From Octopus vulgaris (taxonomy: Eukaryota), in assembly GCA_951406725.2 (NCBI GenBank), contig OX597830.1:67022001-67086000 (forward strand): 64,000 nucleotides of DNA. Direction: 5' to 3'. The position numbers and the translations under genes are program-made. This document shows positions 1-12,849 of this stretch, one piece after another. Each line of letters begins with the position of its first letter. Within the stretch, counting starts at the first letter, position 1. The notes beneath the pieces are model-generated. The model was not told the DNA's origin, searched no databases, and worked only from the letters and a program-made list of their open reading frames with translations.

Positions 1-282
1 TACAATATAAAGAAAAAACACAAAAAAAGCATTGAAATATTTTTATAGATATTTGTGTTTTTGATTTCCGTTCATGTTTTACTTGATCTGGGAGTCATTA
101 TACCTTCAAACATTAAATGGAAATGGCCGTCATATTTATATATAGCTTGATATATATTTTTTTCATAAATACAATTTCCTAGTGAAAACTTTATTCCTAT
201 AACATATTAGTAACAGTTTTCTGGAAAGCATTCAAAATAAGAATGTAGAAAAAAAAGTCATATTTATGTCTCTCTCTCCACG

Positions 283-296
283 TATCTATCTGTTTG

Positions 297-395
<99 letters not shown>

Positions 396-418
396 GTCTG
401 TCTGTCTGTCTATCTATA

Positions 419-456
<38 letters not shown>
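283..456. repeat. (CTAT)n microsatellite
   Basis: Directly visible tetranucleotide run; source of the SIYL-repeat pseudo-ORFs. Confidence 0.97.
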
Positions 457-894
457 CATCTTTTGTGTCTCTTTTGTCACACATACACAAACATATATAC
501 AAACATACATGCATGCATACATACATGCAACCAATCAAAGATACGCACACACACTCACACACACACACACACATATTGACGCACTCATACACACAAATAC
601 ACATGCGTTTTACATATAAGTTCATGAAAGCCATCAATCTTGTTACTCGCTGCCTGTATAATCCGGAACTTTAGCATTTCCCCAATGAGTTTTTGAATCA
701 CATGGTTAAGTACATGTCAGACTTCTAAGTTGTCTTCAGCTATTTTGCTTCCAAATTTGCAATTTTTTTTTACACCAATTCTCTAATTTGTTGTCATACA
801 TAAATAAAAAATAAAATAAAAAGGAGCTTTTTACAACCATAAAGGGGGGGGGGGTGTTAATGTAGCTTTTTACGTTCTGAGATTTAATAATAAA

Positions 895-1137
895 TTTTTA
901 GAGAGTTACTTCCCTTATATATGCCAAAAATGCATTAAAAATGGGAAAAATTGATGGTAAATTTTTTAAAAATCGTAGACTCATCGTAGACGCGCGCTAA
1001 TACCCAGAAAGGCTCGATATGAATCACGACTATAAGATACCCGGTTTTGGTTAAACTGCACCGCAAAATGTGGGAGTAGTTAGGAATCTAAATCGTAGGA
1101 GACAGACAGCACACAACCTCTCTTTTATATATAAAGA
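895..1137 (-). mobile_element. Non-autonomous Helitron, family H2, partial (5' part)
   Basis: Reverse complement starts TCTTTATATATAAAAG and matches the body of the complete copy at 60861-61255; the 3' CTAG end was not found. Confidence 0.7.
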
Positions 1138-1981
1138 TATGCAGAGAATATTTGAAAAACCCATCACCTTCATTTAAGACCTTTTTTTCCCACCAAAACA
1201 TTTTCATATGTATTCAAACGATCTACATTATAACGTCACGGGTTTAATTCGTGGGCCGGGTAGCGCGTTATATCCTTGAGCAAGAAACTTCATTTGACTT
1301 CATGTTACTACTCAGCTGTAAATGAGTACCAGTTGAGTGCTTTGGTAGCTTTAATCTCTTTCTTTCTCTCTCTCTGCCTCTGTCTTCTCCCTCTCTTTTC
1401 CTCTTTCCGGCTGTGACATCCTGCATGTGCCACCAGAAGAGAAGCGGAGTTGGAGCGCCGCAAGAGTGGGAGTCCAACCCGCCCCATGCTCTTACGGGGC
1501 CGGAGCTTTTGGATCTGTCGTATCAACCCATGCAGTCTGTTCTGACCCTAGGAGCGAGTGGCAAACTCAGAGACCACCCCGGATTGCGTATACTCTAGCC
1601 ACACCAATACGTTTAGTGGTACGAGAGTTACGAGTGTATGTCTGCTTTCGATTACACAGGCACCTAAAACAATAAGCGAAAGCGTGGTACATGTTACTGT
1701 TACCCTGTCCTATCCGTGTGCAAGTGACGACTGGCTCTTCAAATATCTTTTATGCGCAATACAGATGAGTGAACTTGGATCTACAGGGAAGGCCACGACC
1801 TGGTAGGAAAGCTAGCACGCCGGGCAAAATGCTTTGCAGCATTTCGTCCGCCTTTACATTTTGGGGGTCGATAAAATAAGTACCAGTTGAGCCCTGGGGT
1901 CGAGGTAATCGACTTGCCACCTCCCCACCAAATTGCTGACCTTGTGCAAAAATCTGAAACCAATATTAATTATTAGACACA

Positions 1982-2206
1982 AGGCGGCGAGTTGGCTGAA
2001 TCGTTAAGCACGCCAGGCAAAATACTTAGCGGCATTTCATTTATCTTTACGTTCTGAGTTCAAATTCCATCGAGGTCGATTTTGCTTTTCATACTTTCGG
2101 GGTCGGTAAAATAAGTACCAGTTGAGCACAGGGATCGATAGAATCGAATTCTCTCCACTTCAACCCGATCTAAATTGCTGGTGGTCTTGTGCCAAAATTT
2201 GAAACC
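1982..2206 (+). mobile_element. SINE family B, diverged (another diverged copy at about 1790-1962)
   Basis: ggcggcgag-tggc head, gagttcaaattcc B-box and the core ctttcggggtcggtaaaataagtaccag shared with other B copies. Confidence 0.75.
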
Positions 2207-2332
2207 GATCAACAGGGACAACTGCAATAAAATCTGTAGACCAGAGCAAAAACTAATAGATAGGTTATCGGGTTTTTTCTTTTTTATAAATCTTTATTTC
2301 TTAAATTTTAAATTTTTTATTAGTATTAAACA

Positions 2333-2681
2333 GGGATCTTTTCCTTTTGAACGGCAGTTTTCAACACAATTTCTAGTTAACCAAACACTTTTAAACTTCG
2401 TATACTGGTAGAATGTGTCAAAATAAAACATCTTTTTCTCTTGGCTTTCTTGAGAAAATTGTAATTTGTAAGTTTAACGTAGTTTAATTTTTCGAATTTT
2501 AACCAATCCTATGCCCTCTATTGAACTAAAATCACTTGCTGCGTCTAAAACAGACAACATCCTGTCACTAACCCTAACCCTCACCCTAACCCTAAATTTT
2601 AGCCTTTCGTTTTTTTTTTTCTTAATTGTTTAGTTAACTAGAAATTGTGTTGAAAACTGCCGTTCAAAAGGAAAAGATCCT
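2333..2681. mobile_element. MITE family D (variant), 6-bp TSD, internal (TAACCC)n
   Basis: TIRs gggatcttttccttttgaacggcagttttcaacacaa / ttgtgttgaaaactgccgttcaaaaggaaaagatcct; flanked by the direct repeat taaaca. Confidence 0.85.
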
Positions 2682-3476
2682 TAAACAGTATAACAGTGGT
2701 TTTCAATCTTTTAAATATTCGGACTGGATCCAAAACCAAGATTTGATTGGGTGGTGGGCTCACCAAAAATGTATAAAGCACAAGTCGATTAAAGAATTTA
2801 TCATATTTATAGAGGGAAGACCGTCAAGAGCCGCCGGGAGGATGCTTGAAGGGCGCATGAGGCCCTGCTAGTGACGGCTGAGAACCGTTGGTGTAAAAAC
2901 TGTGTGTCAGTCAGCCCTGTTATCGCCAAGACATTATTATAAAGCTGAGAAATATGTATTGTAACTGCCGCCTTGAAGTGCGAGTGTACTCATTTTTACA
3001 TCAGCACAAACCAAGCAATTGTGTTGAGAATAATTATTTACTTTTTTGCTCGCTTGTTCGTTCGTTCGTTCGTTTGTTTGTTTTAGCAAGAATTAAATAC
3101 TTTCATTTGCATTTAGACAGTTGTACAGAATGCCCTGCATCTATGGAAGGTTTTGAGAGAGAGAGAGAGAGAGAGTAAAGGAAAGAAAGAGAGAGAGAGA
3201 GAGAGAGAATGAGAGAACAGGGTAGGGTGAAGATCCATTATACAATAACAATATTCATGCGTATCTTTAAAGAATCAATAAGCAATTCCCATCTACCTGC
3301 TTGCTCAATTCAGCCGTTAATATTTTTTCAGTAAAAATAGCTGGGTTCAATTTGCTGATATATATACGTGTGTATGTGTGTGTGTATGGGTATGTGTAGA
3401 TATAAATATCCACGCACACACACACACACACACATGTATATATAGAAAGGGAGAGATATACACACATACATTTATG

Positions 3477-3508
<32 letters not shown>

Positions 3509-3519
3509 CCTCATACACA

Positions 3520-3533
3520 TAAATAGATTGATT

Positions 3534-3602
<69 letters not shown>

Positions 3603-3654
3603 GCAGATAGATAAATAGATAGATAGAAAAAGAGATAGATAGATAGATAAATAA

Positions 3655-3711
<57 letters not shown>

Positions 3712-3745
3712 CAGATAGGTAGGTAGGTAGATAGATAGATAGGCA
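3520..3745. repeat. (GATA)n microsatellite
   Basis: Directly visible. Confidence 0.95.
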
Positions 3746-4275
3746 CACATATATACACACACACACACACGAACACGTATAATGGTTTTTCCTTTCTTTT
3801 TCTTCAACAGTACCATTATTTCTGTTGCAAGCAGATTTGCAGATTTTCTTTCTTTTAATATTGATTTTAAAGACATATTTATATTCCTGATATTATGTAA
3901 AAAACATTCTTCTTTTTCTTTAAAAAGTATTTTTAAAAAATTGTGTAGTGATATAAATAACATATTCTAAATAATGGATATATTATGCTAATCTAAAACC
4001 TCAAAACGATATAAAAAAAAATATGGTTGAACTGTTATATAGAATCTACATATATTTCCATAAGTTTAAATCCAGATATGAATGGGAGGTTTTTTTTTTA
4101 ATTATCCTGCTTGGTATAACCAAAACTATTTCAATAACATTTCGCTAAAGAAAAGATTTGATTTATACAATAAATGTTTATATATATATATATAATGTAT
4201 TTACATATATATGTATATATGTATGTATGTATTGTGTATGTACATATATATATACATATATATATATACATATTT

Positions 4276-4340
<65 letters not shown>

Positions 4341-4402
4341 TACATACATACATACATACATACATACACATATATATATATATATATATAAATATATATA
4401 TA

Positions 4403-4710
4403 TGGCGTGGGCTAGTGGTAAGACGCTTGATTCCCGGCCACGTGGTTCCGACCTTAGTCTCATTGTGTGGCCCCTTGGACGAGTGTCACCTACTATAGCC
4501 TTGGACAGGACAAAGCCTCTTGAGTAGATTTTGTAGACTTGAAGAAGCCCGTCGTATTTATGTTTGTTTGTTTGTTTGTTTCCTACCACCGCTTGGCAAC
4601 CGGTGTTTGTCTGTTTACGTCTCCGACAGAATAAGTGTCAGCTTTTTTAAAAGAAAAATGTTTTAATGGTGCTGCACTAGCATGGCTGCAGTCTAATTAC
4701 TGAAACAATT
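4403..4710 (+). mobile_element. SINE family A, diverged
   Basis: Degenerate match to the family A head (gtggtaag...ggttccg), core (tactatagcc...gaagaagcccgtcg) and tail (gcatggctgcagtc...ctgaaaca). Confidence 0.7.
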
Positions 4711-4719
4711 AATATAAAA

Positions 4720-4769
<50 letters not shown>

Positions 4770-4770
4770 C

Positions 4771-4964
4771 GCCATGATAGATCGTTAGCTCCTACACGCA
4801 TTTTTTTCTCTCCTTGTTCTTTTCTATGTATCTTTCTGTCGAAGAGCGTAGGCTCGAAACGTAAAAGACTTTTTCTATTTCTATTCCTGAGCGCTATACT
4901 AATACATTTGTTTCTTTGTACTCCACCTGCCTTCGTCTTTTGTTTATTTTCGTAAACTTTCCCG

Positions 4965-4966
<2 letters not shown>
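4771..4966 (+). mobile_element. Small HHR-like repeat (family R2) embedded in (TA)n
   Basis: About 190 bp, repeated at 13104-13292 (-) and 15474-15657 (+); contains the hammerhead-like motif tcttt-CTGTCGA-a-gagc-gtag-gctc-GAAA-cg-TA-aaaga at 4831-4868. Confidence 0.75.
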
Positions 4967-5009
<43 letters not shown>

Positions 5010-5014
<5 letters not shown>

Positions 5015-5130
5015 ATAAAAATGGTAAGACAACAAAACAATGAAAGAGACCTCGATATTATGTAAATAGAGGAATTTATCTGTAAATGTAATATGTGACA
5101 ATTATTCGGTAGCCATGATAAAACTCTGAT
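5010..5130 (-). mobile_element. Fragment of HHR-bearing repeat family R3
   Basis: Near-identical to 41172-41290; ends inside the ribozyme stem III. Confidence 0.75.
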
Positions 5131-5550
5131 CAATGGTAAAAACACAACAAACGGAAATCTCAAAACATAACAAGCAGGAAAAGGACGACAGCACAACAAC
5201 AGCAAACAGGACAAAACAAGATACATGGTTCATTCGCAGCCAATTGCTTCTTCAGTTGGCGTCTGGAATGTCTACGTCGTTTTGCCTAATACTCTCTGAT
5301 ACTACACGAAACCAGTTGGGCCAAGGGCTTAAGCTGAAGGCATTAAGCCCCTGAGCAAGGCAAACGAATGTATATATACAAACACGAGGAAATAACAAAC
5401 AGAGGGGGTCTGCAGACAATCGGACGAACGTAACATAAGAAATAGAATTATACATATACAATGGACAAAAGCATTTCGGCTATACAACAAAAATAAAACA
5501 GAACAAAGTCTGTCGACTATCAGACAGTGTGGTAAGCTAGGGCAAGGAAA

Positions 5551-5593
<43 letters not shown>

Positions 5594-5980
5594 ATGGAAG
5601 CTCTCCGTCGGTTACGACGACGAGGGTTCCGGTTGATCCGAATCAACGGAACAGCCTGCTCGTGAAATTAACGTGTAAGTGGCTGAGCACTCCACAGACA
5701 CGTGTACCCTTAACGTAGTTCTCGGGGATATTCAGCGTGACACAGAGAGTGACAAGGCCGGCCATTTTGAAATACAGATACAACAGAAACAGGAAGTAAG
5801 AGTGAGAGAAAGTTGTGGTGAAAGGGAACAGCAGGGATCACCACCATTCCCTGCCGGAGCCTCGTGGAGCTTTAGGTGTTTTCGCTCAATAAACACTCAC
5901 AACGCCCGGTCTGGGAATCGAAACCGCGATCCTACGACCACTAGTCCGCTGCCCTAACCACTGGGCCATAGCGCCTCCAC
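5594..5980 (-). mobile_element. SINE family C, full length (tRNA-derived)
   Basis: Reverse complement begins gtggaggcgctatggcccagtggttagggcagcggact (A-box) with gtttcgattccc (B-box); nearly identical to 30351-30737. Confidence 0.9.
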
Positions 5981-6225
5981 ACATATATATATATATATAT
6001 AAGTCAGGCTAAGAAAGGTATAGGACTTCAGGTAATCCGAAGTCAAAATCCCGAATTCGAAGGTCCATCACCAATCGACTTGTAAATCCATGCTTGCAAT
6101 ACCGAGTTAATACGGTATGTTTGTGCAGAGTGATATATAAAAAAATATTAGGCATAAATAATAGGCTTTAAACATTTATTTGAGCATTATAGGCTTACAG
6201 CTGTTTTAGATATACATATTTTTTT

Positions 6226-6643
6226 TCTTTTACTTGTTTCAGTCAGTTTGATTGTGGCCATGCTGGGGCACCACCTTTTAGTCGAAGAGATCGATCCCTG
6301 GACTTATTTTTTGTAAGCCCGGTACTTATTCTATCGCTCTCTTTTGCCGAACCACTAAGTTACGGGTACACAAACACACCAGCATCGGTTGTCAAGCGAT
6401 GGTGGCGGGACAAATACAGACACAGACACAATTACATACAGAGACACACACACACACATATATATATTTATATATACATACAACAGGCTTCTTTCAGTTT
6501 CCGTCTAACAAATCTTCTCACAAGGCCTTGGTTGGCTCGAGGCTACCATAAAAGACACATGAGCAAGGTGCCACGCAATGGAACTGAACCCGGAATATGT
6601 GGTTGGGAAGCAAGCTTCTTACCACGCAGCCACGCCTGCGCCT
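6226..6643 (-). mobile_element. SINE family A, full length
   Basis: tRNA-like head, ccttg(g)gcaag CORE-like block, internal (CA)/(TA) microsatellite, 3' tail gaaacaagtaaaag. Confidence 0.88.
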
Positions 6644-6696
6644 AATTACCAGTATCTAACAGCCTGTGACCACGGTGTATGGTATAGATTTAATCG

Positions 6697-6860
6697 CCGT
6701 GTTTACTCGTGTATAAGTTGTTCTATTCTATGCTCAATTTCAATTCACGGAAACCAGGGTGCGACTTATCCACGGAACAAAGCTAAAAGTACGAAGGGAT
6801 TTAACACTAAATTAGGGGACCGATATATACACAAATGCGACTTAAACACAAGTAAATACA
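6697..6860. mobile_element. Degenerate Tc1/mariner (Tc2-like) MITE
   Basis: Imperfect TIRs ccgtgtttactcgtgtataag / cttaaacacaagtaaatac with internal tgcgactta repeats. Confidence 0.45.
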
Positions 6861-7085
6861 ATACGTATAGTCGCGCGCACGCACATACACATTAATTTTC
6901 TTTGTTTTTTTAGAATGGAGTACATGTTACTGTTACCATGTTATATTCGTTTACGGATGATGGCCGGCTCTTTAAATATGTTTTATACGCACTGATGTCG
7001 AACGAATTTGGATCTACGGGGAAGACGGCCACCTGGCAGAATCGATAGCACGCCAGACAACATGCTTATCAGAATTTCTTCCATT

Positions 7086-7257
7086 CTTTTACTTGTTTCA
7101 GGCATTTGACTGCGGTCATGCTGGAGCACCACCTTTAGTCGAACAAATCGATCCCGAGACTTATTCTTTGTAAGCCTAATACTTATTGTCGGTTTCTTTT
7201 GCCGAACCGTTAAGTTACAAACCAGTATCGGTTGTGAAGCGATTGATATGGGATACA

Positions 7258-7297
<40 letters not shown>

Positions 7298-7454
7298 TAT
7301 GCTTTTAGTTTCTGTCTGCCAAATCCACTCACAGGGCTTTGGTCGGCCCGAGGCTATAGTAGAAGACACTCACCCAAGGTGCCACGCAGTGGGACTGAAC
7401 CAAGAACCATGTGGTTAGTAAACAAGCTACTTACCACACAGCCACTCCTGCGCC
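7086..7454 (-). mobile_element. SINE family A inserted into an older SINE B (about 7027-7600)
   Basis: Family A sequence splits a B copy: B head at 7027-7085, B continuation (tttacgttccaagttcaaattccgccg) from 7457. Confidence 0.85.
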
Positions 7455-7773
7455 ATGTTTACGTTCCAAGTTCAAATTCCGCCGTGATCGACTTTGCCTT
7501 TAATCGTTCCGGGAAATGATAAATTTAGCAGCAGCTGAGCACAGGGGTTGGCGAAATCGACTTACCTACAACGCCCCAAATTCCTGGACTTGTAGAAAGG
7601 ATTATTACCGATCGAATCGAGTGCACTGGTTTGTGGTGAAACAATCAGTAGAAACATGGCTGTGGCGTGTGCGTACACAAATTCATATTTAAGGACAGAC
7701 AGATATCTGTACCCTCTTATATATGTGTGTGTGTATGTAATTAAATATGTATGTATATATGTGTGTATTATAT

Positions 7774-8070
7774 GCGCCCTTTTCAAGCCTAGCCAGGCTC
7801 ATGGGCCCGGTTTCCCGCTTTCTGTGGCGTATGTGTTCCCCCCAGCTGGACGGGACGCCAGTCCATCGCAGTGTTACTCAAGAAACAGGAAGAGAGATTG
7901 AGAGAAAGTTGTGGCGAAAGAGTACAACAGGGGTTTCCACTATCCCCTGCCGGAACCTCGTGGAGCTTTTTAGGTGTTTTCGCTCAATAAACACACACAA
8001 CGCCCAGTCTGGGAATCGAAACCGCGATTCTCCAACCGCGAGTCCGCTGCCCTAACCACTGGGCCATTGC
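7774..8070 (-). mobile_element. SINE family C variant with V-SINE-like central domain
   Basis: Family C tRNA head; the body (reverse complement) reads taacactgcgatggactggcgtcccgtccag...gaaaccggg, which resembles the V-SINE domain as I recall it. Confidence 0.75.
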
Positions 8071-8112
8071 ATATGTATACTAGAGAGACTTAGTAATTTT
8101 AATATTTAATAT

Positions 8113-8154
8113 TAAGTTACAAACCAGTATCGGTTGTGAAGCGATTGATATGGG

Positions 8155-8220
<66 letters not shown>

Positions 8221-8397
8221 ATATGCTTTTAGTTTCTGTCTGCCAAATCCACTCACAGGGCTTTGGTCGGCCCGAGGCTATAGTAGAAGACACTCACCCA
8301 AAGTGCCACGCAGTGGGACTGAACCAAGAACCATGTGGTTAGTAAACAAGCTACTTACCACACAGCCACTCCTGCGCCATGTTTACGTTCCAAGTTC
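8113..8397 (-). repeat. Local duplication of 7211-7474 (partial SINE A plus flank)
   Basis: Shares private variants and the non-A flank atgtttacgttccaagttc. Confidence 0.85.
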
Positions 8398-8403
8398 TAT
8401 TTC

Positions 8404-8533
<130 letters not shown>

Positions 8534-8738
8534 TAGTACACACAGACACACTTATATACACACGCGCGCATACATTCATTCACACACGCATGCACATTGT
8601 AAGTGTGCAAGAAGTGTTCACGTAATGTATGCATGAATATATTTTGTGTCTATATAAATAATTTGATTTCCTAGATTTCTTTACATTATCTAAAAACAAT
8701 TATATTTACAAACAATTCTGTAAATATAACTACATATC

Positions 8739-9138
8739 TCTTTTCTCTTTTACTTGTTTCAGTCATTTGACTGCGGCCATGCTGGAGCACCGCCTTTAGT
8801 CGAGCAAATCGACCCCGGGACTTATCCTTTGTAAGCCCAGTACTTATTCTATCGGTCTCTTTTGCCGAACCGCTAAGTGACGGGGACGTAAACACATCAG
8901 CATCGGTTGTCAAGCAATACTAGGGGGACAAACACAGACACACAAACACACATACATATATATATACATATATACGACAGGCTTCTTTCAGTTTCCGTCT
9001 ACCAAATCCACTCACAAGGCATTGGTCGGCCCGAGGCTATAGCAGAAGACACTTGCCCAAGATGCCACGCAGTGGGACTGAACCCGGAACCATGTGGTTG
9101 GTTAGCAAGCTACTTACCACACAGCCACTCCTGCGCCT
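8739..9138 (-). mobile_element. SINE family A, full length, young
   Basis: Near-identical to copies at 38910, 40290, 42350 and 49706. Confidence 0.92.
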
Positions 9139-9831
9139 ATATAAATGCGAATCGAAGATAAAGAGCTTCCAAGTGGTTTCTTCTAGGTCCAGAAGAAATA
9201 GCAACCAAATAATCTTATTTGAATCAAAACTTTCAATCAAAACAAGAAGGATAATGTAAAATTCATATGTACGCAAGAACGACGTGATCGCCATTAGCTA
9301 AAATCTCACGCGCGCGCGCTCACACACACAACTCGCACGCACGCGCATATGCACTTCCTTTTACTGACATATTTCACAGTCGCTGAGAATCCAGCTTATG
9401 TTTGTTACTATATGCATTTGCGTGATCAGTTACACGCATGTTAACACATAGTTTCATAAGAAGGAAATGGAAGCATAACAGAAAAAAATCGATGAGATAT
9501 CAGCTTCTTATCTGATTGGTATAGTTCTCATATTGATCGTTTTCTAATTTTCCTTTTATCAATGTATATGATAGTTATATTTATCGGCTTTTAATGGTTA
9601 TAGATATGTTTGCTTGCTTCTTTGTTTGTTTTGTTTGGAACTTTCTTTCTTCATATAAAAATAGAAAAATTAGGGCAGTGAGATGAAAAGCTTGCGTAGC
9701 TAAGTGGTTAGGGTAGTCTTCCCAGGACCGTAAAATCCCGAGTTCGATTCCTGGGAGAAAGTAGAGCGGGACTTCGTATGTCCTTAAAAAAAGGCCTTTC
9801 GTATCAAGTTACTCCGATCTACATCGGCTGC

Positions 9832-10256
9832 AGGATCTTTTCGGTTTGAATGGCAGTTTTTTTAAATAATTTCCACGTAACTAAACACTTTTAAACTTCG
9901 TATACTGGTAGAATGTGTTTGTAAAACATATTTTTCTCTTGGCTATATTGAGAAAATTCTATAGTTTGTAAGATATTTGTTGTTTTTTTCTTCAATTTCT
10001 GCAATTTCAACCAATCAATGACATCTATTGAGGTGAAAACATTCTGTGCCGTATGAATATGTCCCTCGTTTAAGAAACAGATTGGGTTTATTTACATTTC
10101 TGAAGAAAAAAAGATACCCTTCCCCCTCACCTCTAACCCTAACCCTAACCCTAAAACAGATTGAAATGCAATAGATCGATACTAGGGTCATAATTATGGG
10201 TGACAATTTCATATGATACTGCTAGAAAAAACTTCCGGTCAAACCGAAAAGATCCC
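9832..10256. mobile_element. MITE family D, 6-bp TSD ggctgc, internal (TAACCC)n
   Basis: TIRs (a)ggatcttttcggtttga / tcaaaccgaaaagatccc; TSD at 9826-9831 and 10257-10262; interrupts a SINE G-type head (about 9690-9831). Confidence 0.9.
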
Positions 10257-10574
10257 GGCTGCATTGAGTACAAGACGGATACTGGTGCTGTCTGTCTGTC
10301 TCTCCTTTTGTCTCTCTTTTCCAGCTGTCACATTTGGATGCTCTCCTAGGTCAAGGATGGGTTGGCGGGTTGAGAGAGTATCTATGTCACTATATCCATT
10401 CGAAACAATTCGGAAAAGCATGATGCGTATCTCGCAAGTGACAGCTGGTTGCTTTTGTACGTATATCGGGAAAAGACAGTGACCAAATTTGATAAATAAA
10501 TAAACTGGCGTTATGGTCTAAATTCAGGTCCCGCAGAGTAATGTCCTGAGAAGAATCGACTACAATACTGGTTC

Positions 10575-10780
10575 GGGCTCTTTTCGGTTTGACCGGCAGT
10601 TTCTTCTAGCGGTGTCATATGAAATTGTCACCCATAATTATGACCCTAGTATCCATCTATTGCATTTCAATCTGTTTTGGGGTTAGGGGTGAGGAGGAAG
10701 GGTATCTTTTTTTCTTCAGAAATGTAAATAAGCCCAATTTGTTTCTTAAACGAGGTACATATTCATACGGCCCAAAATGT
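10575..10780. mobile_element. MITE family D, one-ended fragment in opposite orientation
   Basis: Reverse-complement match to about 10040-10256. Confidence 0.85.
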
Positions 10781-11236
10781 TACGTAGTGAGACTGGATTC
10801 GAAACTATTCTTCTTACCATTCTGCCATTCCAGCGCCTAGCATATACCACGCAATAATCGTTATAAGTATTTCTTTTATTTTTCGGTATTCTTTCGTTTT
10901 ATCATCAAAAAATGAAACGAAAGTTATCTGATAAATAATCGTAAACATGGATAAAGTCGATGGCATGGAGAGCGGAGCCTGGTGTGCTGGTCTTCCATCA
11001 ACAACATTGTTCGGACTTGTGCCTCATAGGGGAACTTTCTAGGTGCTATCCCAGGCTATTCCGTTGAGCGGGTCAACTGGAACTCTCGTCGTCGTAACCG
11101 ACGGAGTACCATTTAGATACTGGCAACCAGGTATGAGCAGTGGGGTAGCCAAGTTCTGAGGAGCGAGCACTTAAAAAAAGGCGCCGTGACAAATACCAAA
11201 CAATCCTTAACTCATTGCTTATACATTTTATAAAAT

Positions 11237-11560
11237 GGCTGAGTGGTTAGAGCGTCGGTCTCACAATCTTGAGGTAGAGAGTTCGATTCTCAGACCGGGC
11301 TGTGTGTTATGTTCTTGAGCAAGACACTTTATTTCACGTTGCTCTAGTTCACTCAGCTTTAGAAATGAGTTGCGACGTCACAGGTGCCAAGCTGTATCGG
11401 CCCCTTTGCCTTGGATAACATCGGTGGCGTGCAAAAGAGAGGCTGGTATGCATGGGCGAATGCTGGTCTTCCATAAACAACCTTTTCCGTACTTTTGCCT
11501 CGGAGTATAACTTTCTAGGTACAATCCCATGGACATTCATGACCGAAGGGGTCTTTTACC
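11237..11560 (+). mobile_element. SINE family G (tRNA-derived); fragments at about 1240-1345, 10950-11110 and 61279-61425
   Basis: A-box tggctgagtgg, B-box gagttcgattct, core gttcttgagcaagacactttatttcacgttgctc. Confidence 0.75.
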
Positions 11561-12849
11561 CGTATTTTACACGCCGGTATTTTAATCAAAGATTGTTTTA
11601 TGTGCATATATTAATGACAAAAATATTTAATTGATAAGGTAATAACATTTTATGCAAACCAAAGTGCATCGTTTTTATGGCTTCTGCACCAGAAAAATTC
11701 TTATAGATAAGTTCGAAACGGAGGGTATGGTATCCCAAGCGTGGAGCAATATTTCTCCTTTCCCTCTTATATACGAAGATTTACCGAGATTGCCGGATTC
11801 AGCTTTTACTTCCGCTTTCACTTTGTGATCATAAAACGAAAGAATACCCTTTTTCCTATACTGAAAAGAAAAAAAAAAACAGTAAACTTAATAATTTAAA
11901 TAATTTAGGCACTTTCAATACACTCCATTGAACCATGACCAAAATGTCGATCACAACTGAAACATTTTAAAACGTCCATTATTCATTTTTTTATTTTATT
12001 TTATTTTATTTTATTTTATTTATATTCTATTTATTGCTGTTCTCAATTTACCTTCTAAAATTCTCCTGCGGATAATGTTAAAGATTATTTATCAAAACGA
12101 CCAACTTGGAAAACCAAGTGGAGCTGACTACTTATATCAATGTGTTTTTTATACGATGCTTTTATTACTGTTGTGTTCTGGGTCTCTACTGTATATGTGT
12201 GTGTATGTGTGTCACGCATCTGTTTATCATTTTTAGCGATTTTTATTTTGCTCTCTCCACCACATTTTCTTCACCACCATCACCCTCTTTCATTCCTACT
12301 TTCTCTCTTCTTTCCTTCCTCCCCCCTCTCTCTCTTCCTGACTCCTTTCTCCCTTCCCGTCTCACACCCTTCTTTCCCTCCCCCTCCCCCTCTCTCTCTG
12401 TATTCTCACTGTCCCATTCACAATGATCTGTGACAGGTCTGCCAATACTGTTCACATTTCAATTCCAGACAATGATTATTTTTTTTATCTCTTTTCCTAG
12501 AGATCAACCAACCACTCTAGTCCCATCCTTAATGCCCCTCTCCTTTTCCCTCTTACAACCGCTTCGTTTACACGCCTAGGTATTTCACAGAATATCGATC
12601 AGTGATTTGACAACTAAACACTACTCAATACCCAACCTCCAATTCATCACAAACCTGACTTACATAATTTTACTTGCTCTCTGATGAATTCACGATCGAA
12701 AGAAACATGGCTGGTCTTGTAAGTGCTATCATCTATATGAGTGATATCAACAATTTTTTTGCCTCTGGGATCCCTTTGATTCGTATTTTACTCTCCTGGA
12801 CATCCAGTCATTCAATGTACATAAAGCGGATCCTATTCTTTTATTTATT

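Noticed and set aside
10125-10155. TAACCC repeats as a telomere or fusion site
   Set aside because: Only a few units, always internal to MITE family D.
12675-12725. CTGATGA...GAAA hammerhead-like string (similar weak strings near 5225-5260, 18255-18300 and 36540-36570)
   Set aside because: Stems I-III cannot be paired convincingly.
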